32,040 nt of DNA. Origin: Paramecium tetraurelia (Eukaryota). Under the pieces are notes generated by a model. It worked only from the letters and a program-made list of their open reading frames with translations, searched no databases and had not been told where the DNA came from. The number at the start of each line of letters is the position of its first letter. Within the stretch, counting starts at the first letter, position 1. Shown piece after piece: positions 1 to 13,035 of this stretch. Where the stretch lies: NCBI GenBank assembly GCA_000165425.1, contig CT868669.1, positions 310,001-342,040 of the forward strand, written 5' to 3'. The position numbers and the translations under genes are program-made.

Positions 1-64
1 GATTTGAAAATAGATTTTGAAAACATTCATACAAATTATTAAATTTAATTATTTAGTCATTAAT

Positions 65-1951
65 TCATAATTGCTCAAGATTTTTCAAATTGTTCTTTAT
101 TTTGCTGGCTATCTTTGGCTAGGTTTATTATTCATATATTTTTTCTTTGATTGTCATAACTCTAGGATTAATATCCTTTGAAAGATTCTCTGGAGTTTTC
201 TATTAAATTAGTTACAAATAGATATGTTACTTTAATGATAGGTGATGCATAATAAGAAGAATTATTTGAATCAACAGCTTATTTAAGCTTACCTACCAAT
301 TGATATTAAGGTAGTCTATGAGATTGTGGCGATTCATCATCGAATATCATATCCGTAAAGTCATCATCTAAATTTTTAATAGACATTTGTTCTTCACTAT
401 CGTTAAATTATTCTTAAATTTATTGCATAACAGAAATTTGGGGAGTGAAAAGAAGATTTTCTTTTTTTTTATTTCCAATGCAATTTTATTATGGAGTCAT
501 AAATTCAGGTTTGTCGAAATTGGAAGGACCGATAAAATTTTTCATGAATCCACAACTACCTGCATCAGTATTACTTGATTTAATAGTATCTTTAGTATCT
601 TAAATATATTCTTCTGATGATTTGTTTAACTCTGAATATCTTGTTTTATCTAGGTTGATCATAAACCACTCGTGTCTTAAGGCATCTCTAGGTTAGGGTC
701 TTTATGATGGTCGAGGATGTAACAATAATTTCAATAGTGATAATCCTAAGAATAATTTATGATATTGTACCTGCACTACTAATAATAGTGTCAATGGAAG
801 GATAATCAATCTTACAATGATAATTTCTCATAACAACTTCATCATAAGTGGAACCCTTAAACGGTGATTTACCGGCAATCAGAAGAAACATCAGACAACC
901 AACACTAAAAATATCAACTTTCGAGTCATAGATCTTATCTTAAAGTACTTCTGGAGCCACGAATCCAGGAGTTCCGCATCTCTGAAACATATAATTACCT
1001 AATGGATCATAAAAGTCAGCCAATCCAAAATCTGCTATTACTACGTCTTCCAAGACTCCTTTTTTACGCAATATCATATTTTCTGGTTTGAGATCTCTAT
1101 GAAGTATGTTCTTTTTGTGTAAATAATCTAAAGAATCCAATAAAGTAGCCAGAACAGTAGCAACTGTGGGTTCAGACTACTTTTAATTCTTCTTTATCTA
1201 TTAATACAATTCACCTCCTTATAAATAGTCTTGAACTAGAAAGATATGGGTATCATCTTCAAAGACTTCATGCATTTTTATTAAGCCTTTGTAATTCAAC
1301 TTCCTCATGATTGACATTTCTTTAATTAAAGCTTATTTATCAGTTTCTGAGTTGAGCATCTTACTTTTTTCAAATGCCTTAACTGCATATTACAGTTTAT
1401 CAGACTTTTTAGTACAAAGATACACCTGTCATAGTAAATGGAATTACTTTTGCAAAATTTCCTTTACCTATCATCCTCTCAATAACATACTCTTCTTTGA
1501 ATGTAAGTTGGAGACACTGCTTTTTGAGAAAATCCCAAATTTATTAATTTAGTTCTTTAGATCTTGAATACAGTTCTTTGAATTTCTAATTACGAATTAT
1601 TCGAAAACCATACTTCTTCTAAATTTATATATATTATTGAATACTTTATTACAAGCATCGGACTCCTATTCATTTTTATACTTGATCCTCTCTATTCTTG
1701 ATACACCCAGATCAACATGGTGAATATTTTTCTTATTTGGCTTTGGTTTGTTATTAATTAAATACCCTCAACTTTACTAATTTGCCATCTTAAATGATAT
1801 AGTTTTTGCTTGTCCAAAAACCAGTTTTATTACTTTTTTCGAACAGGACAGATTGAAAGTCAATTTTTTACTCCTCAATCTAAATGTTTGTTTTCTCCCA
1901 AAAAGAATTTGAGAATTTGGCATCGTCGAAAAAGGATAACTTTACTTGCAT
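65..1951 (-). CDS. Ser/Thr kinase (CAMK group) with N-terminal PH-like domain, ~585 aa
   Basis: Ciliate-code translation gives IGKGNFAKV, YAVKAF, HRDLKPEN, DFG and CGTPGFVAPE. The N-terminus has a PH-like pattern (KTGFWTSKNY...YGFRII...QIWDFLKK). Introns at 200-230, 746-770, 1426-1447, 1619-1644 and 1741-1765 give an exact multiple of 3 from ATG 1951 to TGA 65-67. Confidence 0.93.
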
Positions 1952-2886
1952 CAATAATATTAATTAAATAATAATAATTAAGTTATAATCTCTCTATCTA
2001 TCTCCTTTTTATTATTTAATAAGATTTTATCATTTTAATATAATTTAATTATATTTCTTGGGGAATTACAAATTCTTTTCCTTCTGTTATACTTTATTCC
2101 ATAATTGATGATTCAATGCTATTTTCACTTAATTTCGAAATTATCTCTCCATTTCTTGTTTCCCCTATTTTCAATTTTTAAATGTATTACTATTCATACC
2201 TTAACTCTCCCTATTTAATTCTTTTCACTCAATTTAATATTATAATATACTGAATTTAATCAACCTCAATTAAATTAATAAAATCCATTGGAGTTGATTT
2301 TAAATTGGTGTGTCTAAGAACGCCTGCTTTCTTCAACATTTTTAATTTTACCTCTCCTCCTTTAACAAACCCACGTAAATTATTGACATAATCAAGCAAA
2401 GCAATTTTAATTAACAATTAAAAATAATTTGACTTATTTTTATTTCTGTAATAATTTCTCTTTTCTTAAGTGAGTATTTTTATTCACTCAATAATTTTAA
2501 TACATTAAAGTTCAATTTGTAAAATCCAAATATATTCTGCTTTTTATAATACATACCTAAATTAATATGGCTTTCAATTTGACCTTAATTATCCCACACT
2601 CTAAATTAAAGTCTACTATACTTTCCTATCTAAAATAGTATGATACAGTCATTTTTATCCTCACAAGTTTCAAATTTTGAGTACACCTTTTGATTAAGTC
2701 AAATTTAAAATTATACTGTGTTATGGAACATCCTTATTTTTTTATGTACACTATCTGAATTATCTTAATCTTTCTGAGCTTTTTAGTATGATGCCAATAA
2801 GAGTTCTCTTAGAAATTGATATACAATCATTGAGTAGAATATGTATAAAAATAATTGAATTTTATTGAGGAAATAAATAAATAAAT

Positions 2887-3846
2887 ATGTAAATCAATTA
2901 AAGTAAATCAAAAAAAAGAAGGGTAACTCCCAGTGATAAACAATAATTGTCCACATCACAGGAGAGATGCTTGATACCTAAATACATGACTTTGAATAAT
3001 CAGAACATTAACAAATCAAATAAATATTAAATCTTAGAACAGATAGGATAGGGTAGTTATAGTACCATATTTATTGTGGAGGACAAGTTGCATGGTGGTT
3101 ATTATGCAATGAAAAAGGTACTCCAAGACCCAAAATAAATAAATAGAGAGTTGGAAATACATACAAACATGCGTCATCCACATATTGCACCTTTACGTGA
3201 TCATTACCATACTTATGAAAATAAGACCAAATATTTGCATTTGGTCATGGATTTGTATCAAGGGAATTTGAAAAATGCAATCAGAGTTCCAATAAAAAGA
3301 GTGGCGAAATAATTGTTTTAAGCATTAGAATATTTGGAGTCATAAAATATAATGCATAGAGATCTTAAGCCAGCAAACATTTTGTATTAAAGTGGAAACA
3401 TATATCTCGCTGATTTTGGAAGTGCTAAAAAAATGGATGGATCTAAGAGTTTGAGTTATGTATGTTCAAGAGCTTATAGGGCACCAGAATTACTATTCGG
3501 TTAAATATTTTATAATACTAAAATTGATATATGGGCAGCTGGTTGTATATTGGCTGAATTGGAATTGGGAAAACAGTTGTTTTTTGGTCAGAATACCGTT
3601 GATTAGATTGTTGAAATATGTAAATTTCTGGGTACTCCTAATGAATTAGAAAAAGCTGAGTTGGGATGTTAATTCTACATTCCCAATTTATAGGCTAAGA
3701 AACTAAGTATGATATTTATTTATATTGTTTTGAATTAGAAAACTGATCCCTTATTAATTGATCTATTGTCTAAGATCTTTGTTTTCAGTCCATCAAAAAG
3801 AATCAATTGCAGTGAAGCCTTAAGACATCCTTATTTTTTGTCATGA
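2887..3846 (+). CDS. GSK3/Shaggy-like CMGC kinase, 319 aa
   Basis: One open frame when TAA/TAG=Gln: [56 protein letters not shown]. These include the GSK3-type activation-loop Tyr and priming-pocket R/R/K residues. Ends HPYFLS-TGA. Confidence 0.92.
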
Positions 3847-4208
3847 TTGTACTAAACCAACATTCATTATAATATATCTAATTAAGACTATTTGATAAAT
3901 AACAATAAGTTATTAAATTTTATTAAAGTTTTCTACATTTCTCGAAATAAGATTAATATAACTCTCCTTAATAGATTGAATCTAATCTGAATTCATAGGA
4001 TATTATGTGTTTTTCTTATATGGGTTGGATTGTTATTGAAATAATCAAAGAATTTTGAAAGAAATTAAAATATGAAAATTTGAGATTCCCTTTAGAGAAG
4101 TAATGAGACTTGAATAATGTGGATGATTTAAAAAATAAATTTAGAATATGGATATTAAATGGAAAAACTTTAATAAGATTAAATGAATTTTACAATAATA
4201 CATTGTTA

Positions 4209-4847
4209 TCATTCAGTAATTGAAATCATTTAGGACATCTCCAGTTTTATTTTCTTTCTGTTACCCTAATCTAATAATGAAGCCTCCTCTGTGTCTGTTG
4301 ATTAAGAATTGTAATTTGATAGTTGCTAACTCAAATCAGTTTAGATCTTCTCAATCTTCTTGATATAAGGTGATGCTAAGAACAACTTTTTATGCGAATT
4401 TGATTAAGTATGCTAATTAATTTAATTTCTTATTAAATACAGTTAAGTAATCTGTATACTTAGTCTTACAAACTGAGCAAATCTAAACTCGATGTTTTGG
4501 CTTGGGAATCAGCTAAAATACTCATATAAAATGGTACCAATTATTTATTTTTTATTTTTATTTATTCAATTTTTTGATTAAATAATTGTTAATGATAGTT
4601 TAAATTGCTTTCATATGCAGGCTAAATTTATATATGAATCATTCATACTTTCTCATATTCAATGATAAATCCAGGAGTTGTGGCCTAATGATCATCATTG
4701 AAAATTGGAAAAATATTCAATTTTTATTACAACTATCTATATCAATGAGGATTGGTTTTACATATTAAAAACAGGAGTATAATCTATATTAACGTTGCGA
4801 TCCTTTGAAAACTAACTCTTATTGCTCAAAATGAATTTGTAAGACAT
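4209..4847 (-). CDS. Small protein with Dbf4-type (zf-DBF-like) CCHH zinc finger, ~177 aa
   Basis: Introns at 4413-4440, 4513-4537, 4622-4648 and 4737-4761 give a continuous frame (MSYKFILSNK...) containing KPKHRVQICSVCKTKYTDYLTHTQSNSHKKLF. Confidence 0.75.
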
Positions 4848-5017
4848 TATATATATTATATATAATTTATTATTTTATTTCATTTAATTTTATTTGAACT
4901 ACGACTCCGCAACAAATGCATATTAATATTATAAATATCATTTCTTATTTCATCATCAATTCATTATTTAATTCCAATTCCAAGTTATTAATTATTTCCT
5001 ATTTTATTCATCTTATA

Positions 5018-5600
5018 ATGTAAGATAAACCTTACCAAGATAACAAATAGATAAGAAACCTCTCTCAATAATCTAATTACCTTTAGAATGAGCATCCAAT
5101 GTCTATCTCAGCTTACCAATCTAAATTAGTTGTTAAACAATGCTAGGTAATTAACAATCAAAACATAGTTACTATAATTTATTTAACGTCAAGAACACCT
5201 TAAATGCTAATTAAATTAACTTCGAAAAACCAGATAATTTAGTTAACAACAAGAAAGAAAAACTTTTGCAACAAAACCTAGAGCCTTTAGTATTCATCAC
5301 AAAGATCAACTATGCAATAATAGCCAACCGAATTTGATTAATGACGACAGTAATAATGAAACTGATCACTGTTAGTTTTAAAAACGAGAATTTTAATCAA
5401 ATAACTTCTCTACTTTTTGTGACAATTCTTTAAAAAAACAAAAATTCTTGCCTCCTATGAATCCACCTAACTAAGATCCATTCCTTTAGACATTTGGAAA
5501 ATAAATGGATTTAGTATCCAAAAATAGATTTCCTAAGGAAGTTTTCTTGGGAAATGTAAGCAAAATGAAAAAACAGTTTTAGTAAAACTTTTATCTATGA
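5018..5600 (+). CDS. Hypothetical protein, ~186 aa
   Basis: ATG 5018, one 22-nt GTA...TAG intron (5147-5168), TGA 5598-5600, frame intact. No recognisable motif. Confidence 0.7.
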
Positions 5601-5808
5601 CTATCATTAAAGTCTTAAATACTATTGATTTTTAATAAAATAACAATTCTCTAACATATAATAATTGACCTTTAAAAAATATCTAAATTCTATTTTCACA
5701 CTTGATAAATATAGTAAAATAGAAATTAAATTATAATATTAGATCTCATTAAAATCTATTATAAACTACAATATTATTTAGTTGTTGATATATAATGTAT
5801 CAAACTTA

Positions 5809-7709
5809 TCAATTATCAAAATTTCTTCTAATTTACTAGTTATTAAGAAAAATTTTAACAGCTTAAATCTCTTAACAATTGGAATTCGAAGGAGAAAGAC
5901 TCATTTTTGATTCAAAATCTTGGTAGTTTCCATCAACAATTATTTTAGATTTTCTCTCTTCAAATTAAAATTAAAAAACCTATCTTTATTCAGAGTCTGA
6001 TTGATGCTCATAAAATAGTTTAATCATATCTTAATCTAAACACTTAACTATTTTTTATCCAATATTTTCATTCATTTCTGGCATTTCTTGAATCTAAAAA
6101 AATGATTTATAAGCTTCAATAAACCTTCCCAAATTCTCTATTATTTATAATTAAATCATACTTATTTTTTGATCCGGATGCTATTCTTAATTCAATTTAT
6201 TTTGTTATTAACCATTTATCATTGGAGTGGGAATAAGATCAAACAAAATTTTCTAATTAGCAGTCAATAAAACCTATTTTAGATTGTCCAATTGTTAGAA
6301 TTTTCTCATTATTTCCACTATATCTAAATTTTCTTAGATTCTCAAATTTGCTTAATTCAATGAATTTAGTCTTTTCTTATTGCATCCAAAACAGAATTAC
6401 AGAATATTTATTAATGAATCAGGTAATTTTTATCCTGGTTTTTATACATATTTCTCTAAATTTTATTTTGTACTGGTGTCTTTTTTTACACTTTAAGTAA
6501 GATCATTTACCTCCTCCTAAAACCTAAACAATTTATTTGCTAAATTGATCTTCATTTCAGTCTAAATGAATGGTTTTGTAATAAACCCAAAGATTATAAA
6601 TATTAATTACCATAGACCTCCAATCTTACTTAAGATAGTTGGTAATTTGATGTAGGATCTTTAATAACTAGTATATTTGTTATCTAAAATTATAAAATGA
6701 TTGACTAAATAATCGGAATTGTAACTTGAAGTTGATTCCTAAAGGTATTATTAAACCAAAAATTAATTTTCCACAATATTATTAGTCAATACACCATTAT
6801 CAGTAATAGATTCTATTATCCGAAATCCAGAATAGATGGTTTTCGAAGTTGAGATTGAAAATTATGTGAACTACAATTTTATAAAGTTTTATTGGATATC
6901 CTGAGGATTACTCATTTAAACCAAAGAATCACTTATATGAACAACGTAAAAACCATTGATTAACTCTTCATTTATCTACTCCTAAGTTGCACAATCCTGT
7001 TTCTCTGTACTATTTTTGCAAGCCGAAAATTTGATGGCAATATATTAATAAGTATTACCGGAAATTATTCCTTAGAGTATCTCAAAATTAAAAATATCAT
7101 TACCGGAGGGTTGCTTTCTAAGACTTCTTTCTTTATGCATTAGACTGCTCCTAATCGAATTTTATTAAAATATTCCTTTTGCATATCTGTAACAAAGTTT
7201 TCAACGGTGCATGCCTCTGTGGGATAGTTAATGCATCTATTTCAATACTTTTCAAGCATACGTATTAATGACATCTATTTTATTGGTAGTTGTGTTTAAT
7301 TATCTTATTCTTTTGCAATTTTCAATTGAAATTGTAAAGTATTTGTCAATTGTTGTTAAAGGATTTGAATCCATGTCACCAACTGATACTGCTAGAGTGA
7401 AATTCTTAGATGATAATGGAAATGGCTAAAGCAATATTTTTTAATCATACCGATGTTTCTAAGACTAGATGCTCACTTAAAATAGTTTAAGGGAGTTGTT
7501 TCAAGACTAATTCCTAAACTTCTTAAACTAAGTAAGCAAATGTCAATGAGGATGCTAAAATCGTAAAAAGTACTCCTAGAATACTTGAATATTTTTGATA
7601 TCCAAATATCAACAAACTTGGATAAGCACCATATAAATCAATAGCTTGAAAAAAATTCTTACATTTATAAGCCTAAGTATAAAATAAATATTACTAATGA
7701 ATGATTCAT
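5809..7709 (-). CDS. Ciliate-family two-TM membrane protein with large Cys-containing extracellular loop, ~595-600 aa
   Basis: N-terminal AIDLYG...YSSILGVLFTILASSLTFAYLV (TM1); loop with CKNSTEKQDCATQEQI; RSYIKLPTILSKIGGLWQLIFIIFGFI (TM2); C-terminal LDIVEIMRKFQQLDNLKQVLL...LFDLIPTP. Introns at 7673-7694, 7426-7450, 7237-7261, 7081-7103 and probably 6138-6161. Confidence 0.85.
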
Positions 7710-8035
7710 TCTGAATTTCAATAATAATTAATTATAATATATAAGATAACCTTAATCTTAGATTAAATGCTAGGGCTATTTTATTTAAATTCAATTTTTA
7801 ATGAAAAAATTTAATAACGAAAATTATTCGAGAATGATAGCAACGTATAGCATACTCAAAATCAGTTACTCTTAAAGTAATAAATATTTAATATTAAAGA
7901 GATGAATCAAGGAAGAAATACTAAACAAATTAAAATATATAAATTGTTTATTATTTATAATAACTGATAAATAAAATGAGTAAAGCTATTTGAAAGTGCG
8001 GTAAAAACAATTTATAATATATTTAAAAATATGTT

Positions 8036-8421
8036 TCATAAAAAATCTTTGGGTCCATATCTTCCAGCAAGCGTATCAATTGGAATATAATCTGAATCGC
8101 TGCTCTCACTTTCAGAATTTGATAAATAGATGAGTTGTTCTTGGAATATAAATACTATTTACTAGATATTGATTGTTTTTTAGAACGAGGATACTTTCTT
8201 ATCGAAAGTTTTATTATGGTTGAAACTTTACATCTACATTTGGGACAGGATTTCTTATGCAAAGTCCAATTCAAAACACAATTTATACAGAAGTAATGAT
8301 TGCATTTTTTGAAAATACCTTTGTTTTGGATTTCTTGGAGACATATTTCGCATTCATCTTTTTCTGTTTGTTGTTCTAATTTTTGTTGTTCTTCATTATT
8401 TGAAATTTGTGATTACTGCAT
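8036..8421 (-). CDS. C3HC4 RING-finger protein (putative E3 ligase), ~120 aa
   Basis: CEIC-x11-CNHYFCINCVLNW-x6-CPKCR. A 23-nt intron at 8140-8162 joins an acidic Ser-rich tail ending at TGA 8036-8038. The 3' end is less certain than the RING. Confidence 0.88.
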
Positions 8422-8586
8422 TTTTATTTTTATTATTTAATATTTTTAAATATTCTAAGGGTTTAAATATATCAAAAATTAAAATATATATTAAGGATTT
8501 AATCAAAATTGATATAATTATAAAAAGTTGAAAATTTATATTTTATAATATAATTTAATTTATTGTTTATTTATATTTTTATGTTT

Positions 8587-9898
8587 TCAAACAACTACTT
8601 CCGCTTCTGTTCCTTTTGATACTTCAGACCAGAATTTGATGTACTAAAATTATTTATATAATAATTACTAATTAATTGAGTTATTATTCCAATTAGCTAA
8701 CCTTAATTAAAATTTCATAATATTTATTTTATTTGTTCTTTTTGAATCTATCAATTTCATCAAAGCATAATATGGATGTAATCATAATGCAAAGATCTTC
8801 CAATAATTTAATTTCATTTTGTGTCTGTTAAATTTTATATATTATTTACTTCTTAGATCTTCTTCTCTAAAGTCTATGCTTAATCTGTGTTTGATCCTTT
8901 TGAAAACATGGACTTAAGAGTGGTTTTACCAGCCTATAATTTCACTAGTTCACTATTTTAATCTCTTAACTTTTGTTATGCCGAAGCTTTCAAATTGTCT
9001 ACAAATTCTTTCTACTTCAAGGTTTCTTAAAATGCCTCTACTTCCCTGCATTCAATTCTAAGCAAATCAACAAGGTAATCATAATTGTATGTCTAAGCAT
9101 TTTAGTCTTTCTGAAATATTATATCAATTATACAATTTCTCTTGCGGTAACATTTACGTCATTGTGATTTGTGAAAATTAAATTTTCTGTTTTATGATTC
9201 ACATACTCGATTAGAATATTTTTCTCATATTCTAGTCCAATGGTTTAAGTCATTATGTCTAATATAAATGACTTGTCATACTAAATTAATCTGTATATTA
9301 TTTCTTTGCTGCAGCCAATAATTTCACTTATTCTTTAAGACTTTCTAATTATTTAGTTGTTTTGTTTAAGTAAGTGGAGAAGCTGGATACTTTCAAAATT
9401 AAATCTGAATTCACCTCTCTTCCATTCAAATGGGGGAAATTTTTCTTAAATTTTTCATACACTTCTTATATAGATTATTTTGGTAATCCTTGTAATGCCT
9501 ATTAATATCAAAAATATCTTATTACTTTCTCCATGTCAGTATTCTTTGTTCTCAAAAAGGTCTAAAATTCATCAGAGAAGTAAATATGTCTTAACTTAGC
9601 CACTTATTCTAGGAAATATTATAGGAATCTTTTACGATCCTCAACTACTTTTTGTTCATTATTTCCCTACACTATTAAATAATAATCTTACCAAAGCTTA
9701 TTTTGCTGGAATTGGAGGAACATAGCATCCTGGCCATCTTTGTAATAAAGTCAATCTCAGAACATGAAAGTCATTGTAACGACGCAATGCTTCAAATTGA
9801 CCTATTTTATCTTCTCCTTTAATGTTATAGGAGACATGCTTTGATGCAATAGATTCGGTGATATTGATATTGATTGGTGTTGTATCCTCTTATTCCAT
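8587..9898 (-). CDS. PX-domain sorting nexin with C-terminal helical (BAR-like) region, ~387 aa
   Basis: HVSYNI...LRRYNDFHVLRLTLLQRWPGCYVPPIPAK...VEDRKRFLQYFL is a PX motif set. Six introns (9667-9691, 9499-9525, 9259-9281, 9111-9133, 8825-8849, 8644-8668) give an in-frame model. Confidence 0.9.
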
Positions 9899-9917
9899 AA
9901 TTTAATAATAATAATGA

Positions 9918-11358
9918 TCAATCTTATTGTTATTAAGGGACTTCAGCTGGGAAATTTGGTTCTGGCTATTCAGGAAGATCTGGTTGTTCTGTTTATACTT
10001 ATTATGGTTATTTTGGATAGAAATGATTGGTTGTTGCCTTGAAACCATAACCATAATATAATTATGACAATACTTTGTTCTATGATATAGATTAAATAAA
10101 TTAATACAGAATAGACAGTGACTAATCCTGGCCAAACTAAAGATTTAATGATAATAACACCATTATTAACTTTATTATTGGTGTCTTTAGCTAAAGGATT
10201 ATAATCAGTTGTATCTCCAACAATTCTAATTTTCCAAGCAGGTTTATTATTTGGTAATTTATCATTTGATAATTATTTCAATCTATTTTCAAATGGATCA
10301 GCTGCTTCTATTTATTTTTAATAAATATCTGGTTCTACACCATCTGGTAATTCAGATGGTATTAAATGAACTAATCTACCACACTAATATATAAATATTA
10401 TATATATATACATTTAATATATTTGTATTGAAATGCATCCAATCATTTAATGTTTTTAATTCATGAAATCCTGGTAATTTATATTCAGGTGTTTAATCTA
10501 TTTCTCTTGGGTCACCTTCTCTTAAAATATATTAACCTTTAGGAATACGAACAGTTGATTAAGTAATTCTAACAATTTATGCTTTTAATAAATGTTTTTC
10601 TTTTCCAAAGAAATAAGGATTAGTAATAACATCAGCTTCTAAATTACCTGTAAACATATATTTAATTTATCTAGACACATTGATTTATTAAGGTGTAATC
10701 AAAGGTAATTCAACCCAATCCTTATCATTTAAGATATCAGTGCATGCCCAATAAGATTTAGTATTAACTCCAGATCCTCTAGGTTCAACTTCAGGTGGTA
10801 ATTCCCCATCTTCAACTTGACTATTAGCAACTCCTTCAGCAATATAATAATCCTTTTCTCTTGCCATGATTTTACCCCAAAATCTTAATTTAGATGCTTA
10901 TTTAGTAACAGATAATAACTAAATATTAATATATAAATTACTGATAATGCCTTGAATATTTTATAATTTTCATCAATTCCAATACCAGCCCATTCATATA
11001 AATAAGCTTCTTCTGTTAAATTAGGTAAATATCCAGTTTAAGTTGCTTCCTAAGGTTCTTCATCAGTTCCAAGATTAATTTTATTGACTAGCTTTAATGT
11101 CTTCTATTAAATAGCTTAATCCATTGAAATCTTTGTTCTCTCTGCATTATCAAATTCATTATATTTATCAAATGAAAATCCACTTGATTTTACCTAAAAT
11201 GAATAATCTTCAAATAATTCAAAAGCATTCTACAATTATACTTAAACATATATTCTTACTTTTGGATTATCCAATAATATCTTAGTCAATACATTATTCA
11301 AATGTTAATATAAATTTGTATTTGAATCCTTTATCTCTTGCAGTTTCTCTTTTAACAT
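9918..11358 (-). CDS. Radial spoke head protein RSP4/6 (RSPH4A/6A family), ~443 aa
   Basis: NLYQHLNNVLTKILLDNPK, LRFWGKIMAREKDYYIAEG, EPRGSGVN, WVELPLITPQQINVSRQIKYMFTGNL, PYFFGKEKHLLKAQIVRI, KSLVWPG. Introns at 11230-11259, 10919-10941, 10384-10411 and 10080-10107. Confidence 0.93.
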
Positions 11359-12535
11359 TAATCTAAATTTTTAATAAATAATAAAGATTATAACAATTAT
11401 ATTAATTTAAGAAAATAAAAATTGAATTCAGAGAAATTTAATGATCTCTAATTAGATTATTTCATTGATTAATGAATCACATTTAAATCAATTTGTTTAG
11501 CCTCATTAATCCTCCATAACAAATAGAGTATAAATTATAATTACAACCTAAAAGTATTTCATTATTTCAGGTGCTCTTTTTCTTATATACAAAACTTTTC
11601 TTCGATTATAGATATTTTCTACCATTTCATGGAGATTAAAAATATTTATAATTGCTTAAAAAGACAAACAAAATTAATTAATTGTGAAATCAGTTTCTAA
11701 GATATATGGAATACATATGAAATTCTACTTTTCCAATGTGTTTAGTGAATTACATCAAATCATACATATTAATATTTAATAAAACAAGAAATCTATTAGC
11801 AAAGATTAATAATAATATATTTTACAATCTTCTTTATTTAGATAAAAGATTCCATCAAAATCCAAATCTATATCAGAAATAAAATGGAAAATAATAATTA
11901 AAAAATTCTCGAATTTTTCATAATGAACCAAAAAGTAAAAATATTATATCTATCTTTTTAAAAATTTTTCCCTTTTTTTCTGTTCATTCACAAAGAAATT
12001 ATTTTAAATAATTTAAGTATAATTGAGTCATTGTGAATTACGATTTCTTCATACTTTTCTAAAAAGTTAGAAAAAAGCCAAAATATAATAATCTAATTAA
12101 ACTTAAATTAAATTAATATGAAAAATGTAATGGAATCAAATAATAATTGTAATAGTTATCTATTGATGGGTTTACAATTTCTTTCCAAAACATAATAGAA
12201 TTTCTCACTTATCTTAATTAAAGGATATTTGTTATAAAAATTATCCCTAAAATTAGGATATTTTAAAAAAAATTTCAAAGTAATTATATAAATGGAACTC
12301 TAACAAGAATGGATTTTCCAAAATTACTAAAGTTTTTTGTACATTTTATGAAATTTATCATTTTTTATGTGTCTGTAAGCTCAAGATGCTAAATTTATTG
12401 AGTTTTTAAGAGAATTTACATTAATCCTGTATTAGAATGTGAAAATATTGAATGGCAATAAAAACATTTAGAAAGTTCGAAACAATTCTAATTATGTTTT
12501 AATTGGCAGGTAATAAACATTTACTCAATTAATAA

Positions 12536-12930
12536 ATGAATTATTACAATATTCTTGGTGTTTCAAATAACTCGACACACGAACAAATAAAAAAAGCATA
12601 TCGCGTTCTTGCTAAGCAGCATCATCCAGTAATTTATCAAAATATGGCCAGGATAAGAATGCTGAATCAGCATAATTTAGAATAATTTCTGAAGCTTATC
12701 GAATACTTTCTAATTCTGAACTTCGTGCTCGATATGACATATTCTAAGCTTAAGTGGATAGACAAATCAGCTTATTTAATATGATACGAAATTTTATCAA
12801 TGGAAATTAAGAGAGAACAGAAGTTAATAGTGATAACAATACAAAAGACACAGAAATAATTGACAATGATTCTAAGAATAAGGATATTACTTAAATACAA
12901 AAGAAAAAAATTAGAAAAAATCCTCATTGA
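12536..12930 (+). CDS. Small DnaJ/J-domain protein, ~123 aa
   Basis: MNYYNILGVS...IKKAYRVLAKQHHP|DKN...FRIISEAYRILSNSELRARYD. The HPD motif is formed by splicing the 23-nt intron at 12629-12651. Confidence 0.92.
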
Positions 12931-13035
12931 TAATATTATATCTTTTTCTTTGACTCATATTTCATGATTTTTCATTTTTGAAATCTTTAATCACTATCAA
13001 ATTCTTGAAATTTTATATTAATTTTTTATTATATA

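Noticed and set aside
1952..2886. Protein-like minus-strand stretch (about 2265-2460, LLDYVNNLRGFVKGGEVKLKMLKKAGVLRH) between the two kinases
   Set aside because: No start or splice model and no motif; short TGA-free frames arise easily with a single stop codon.
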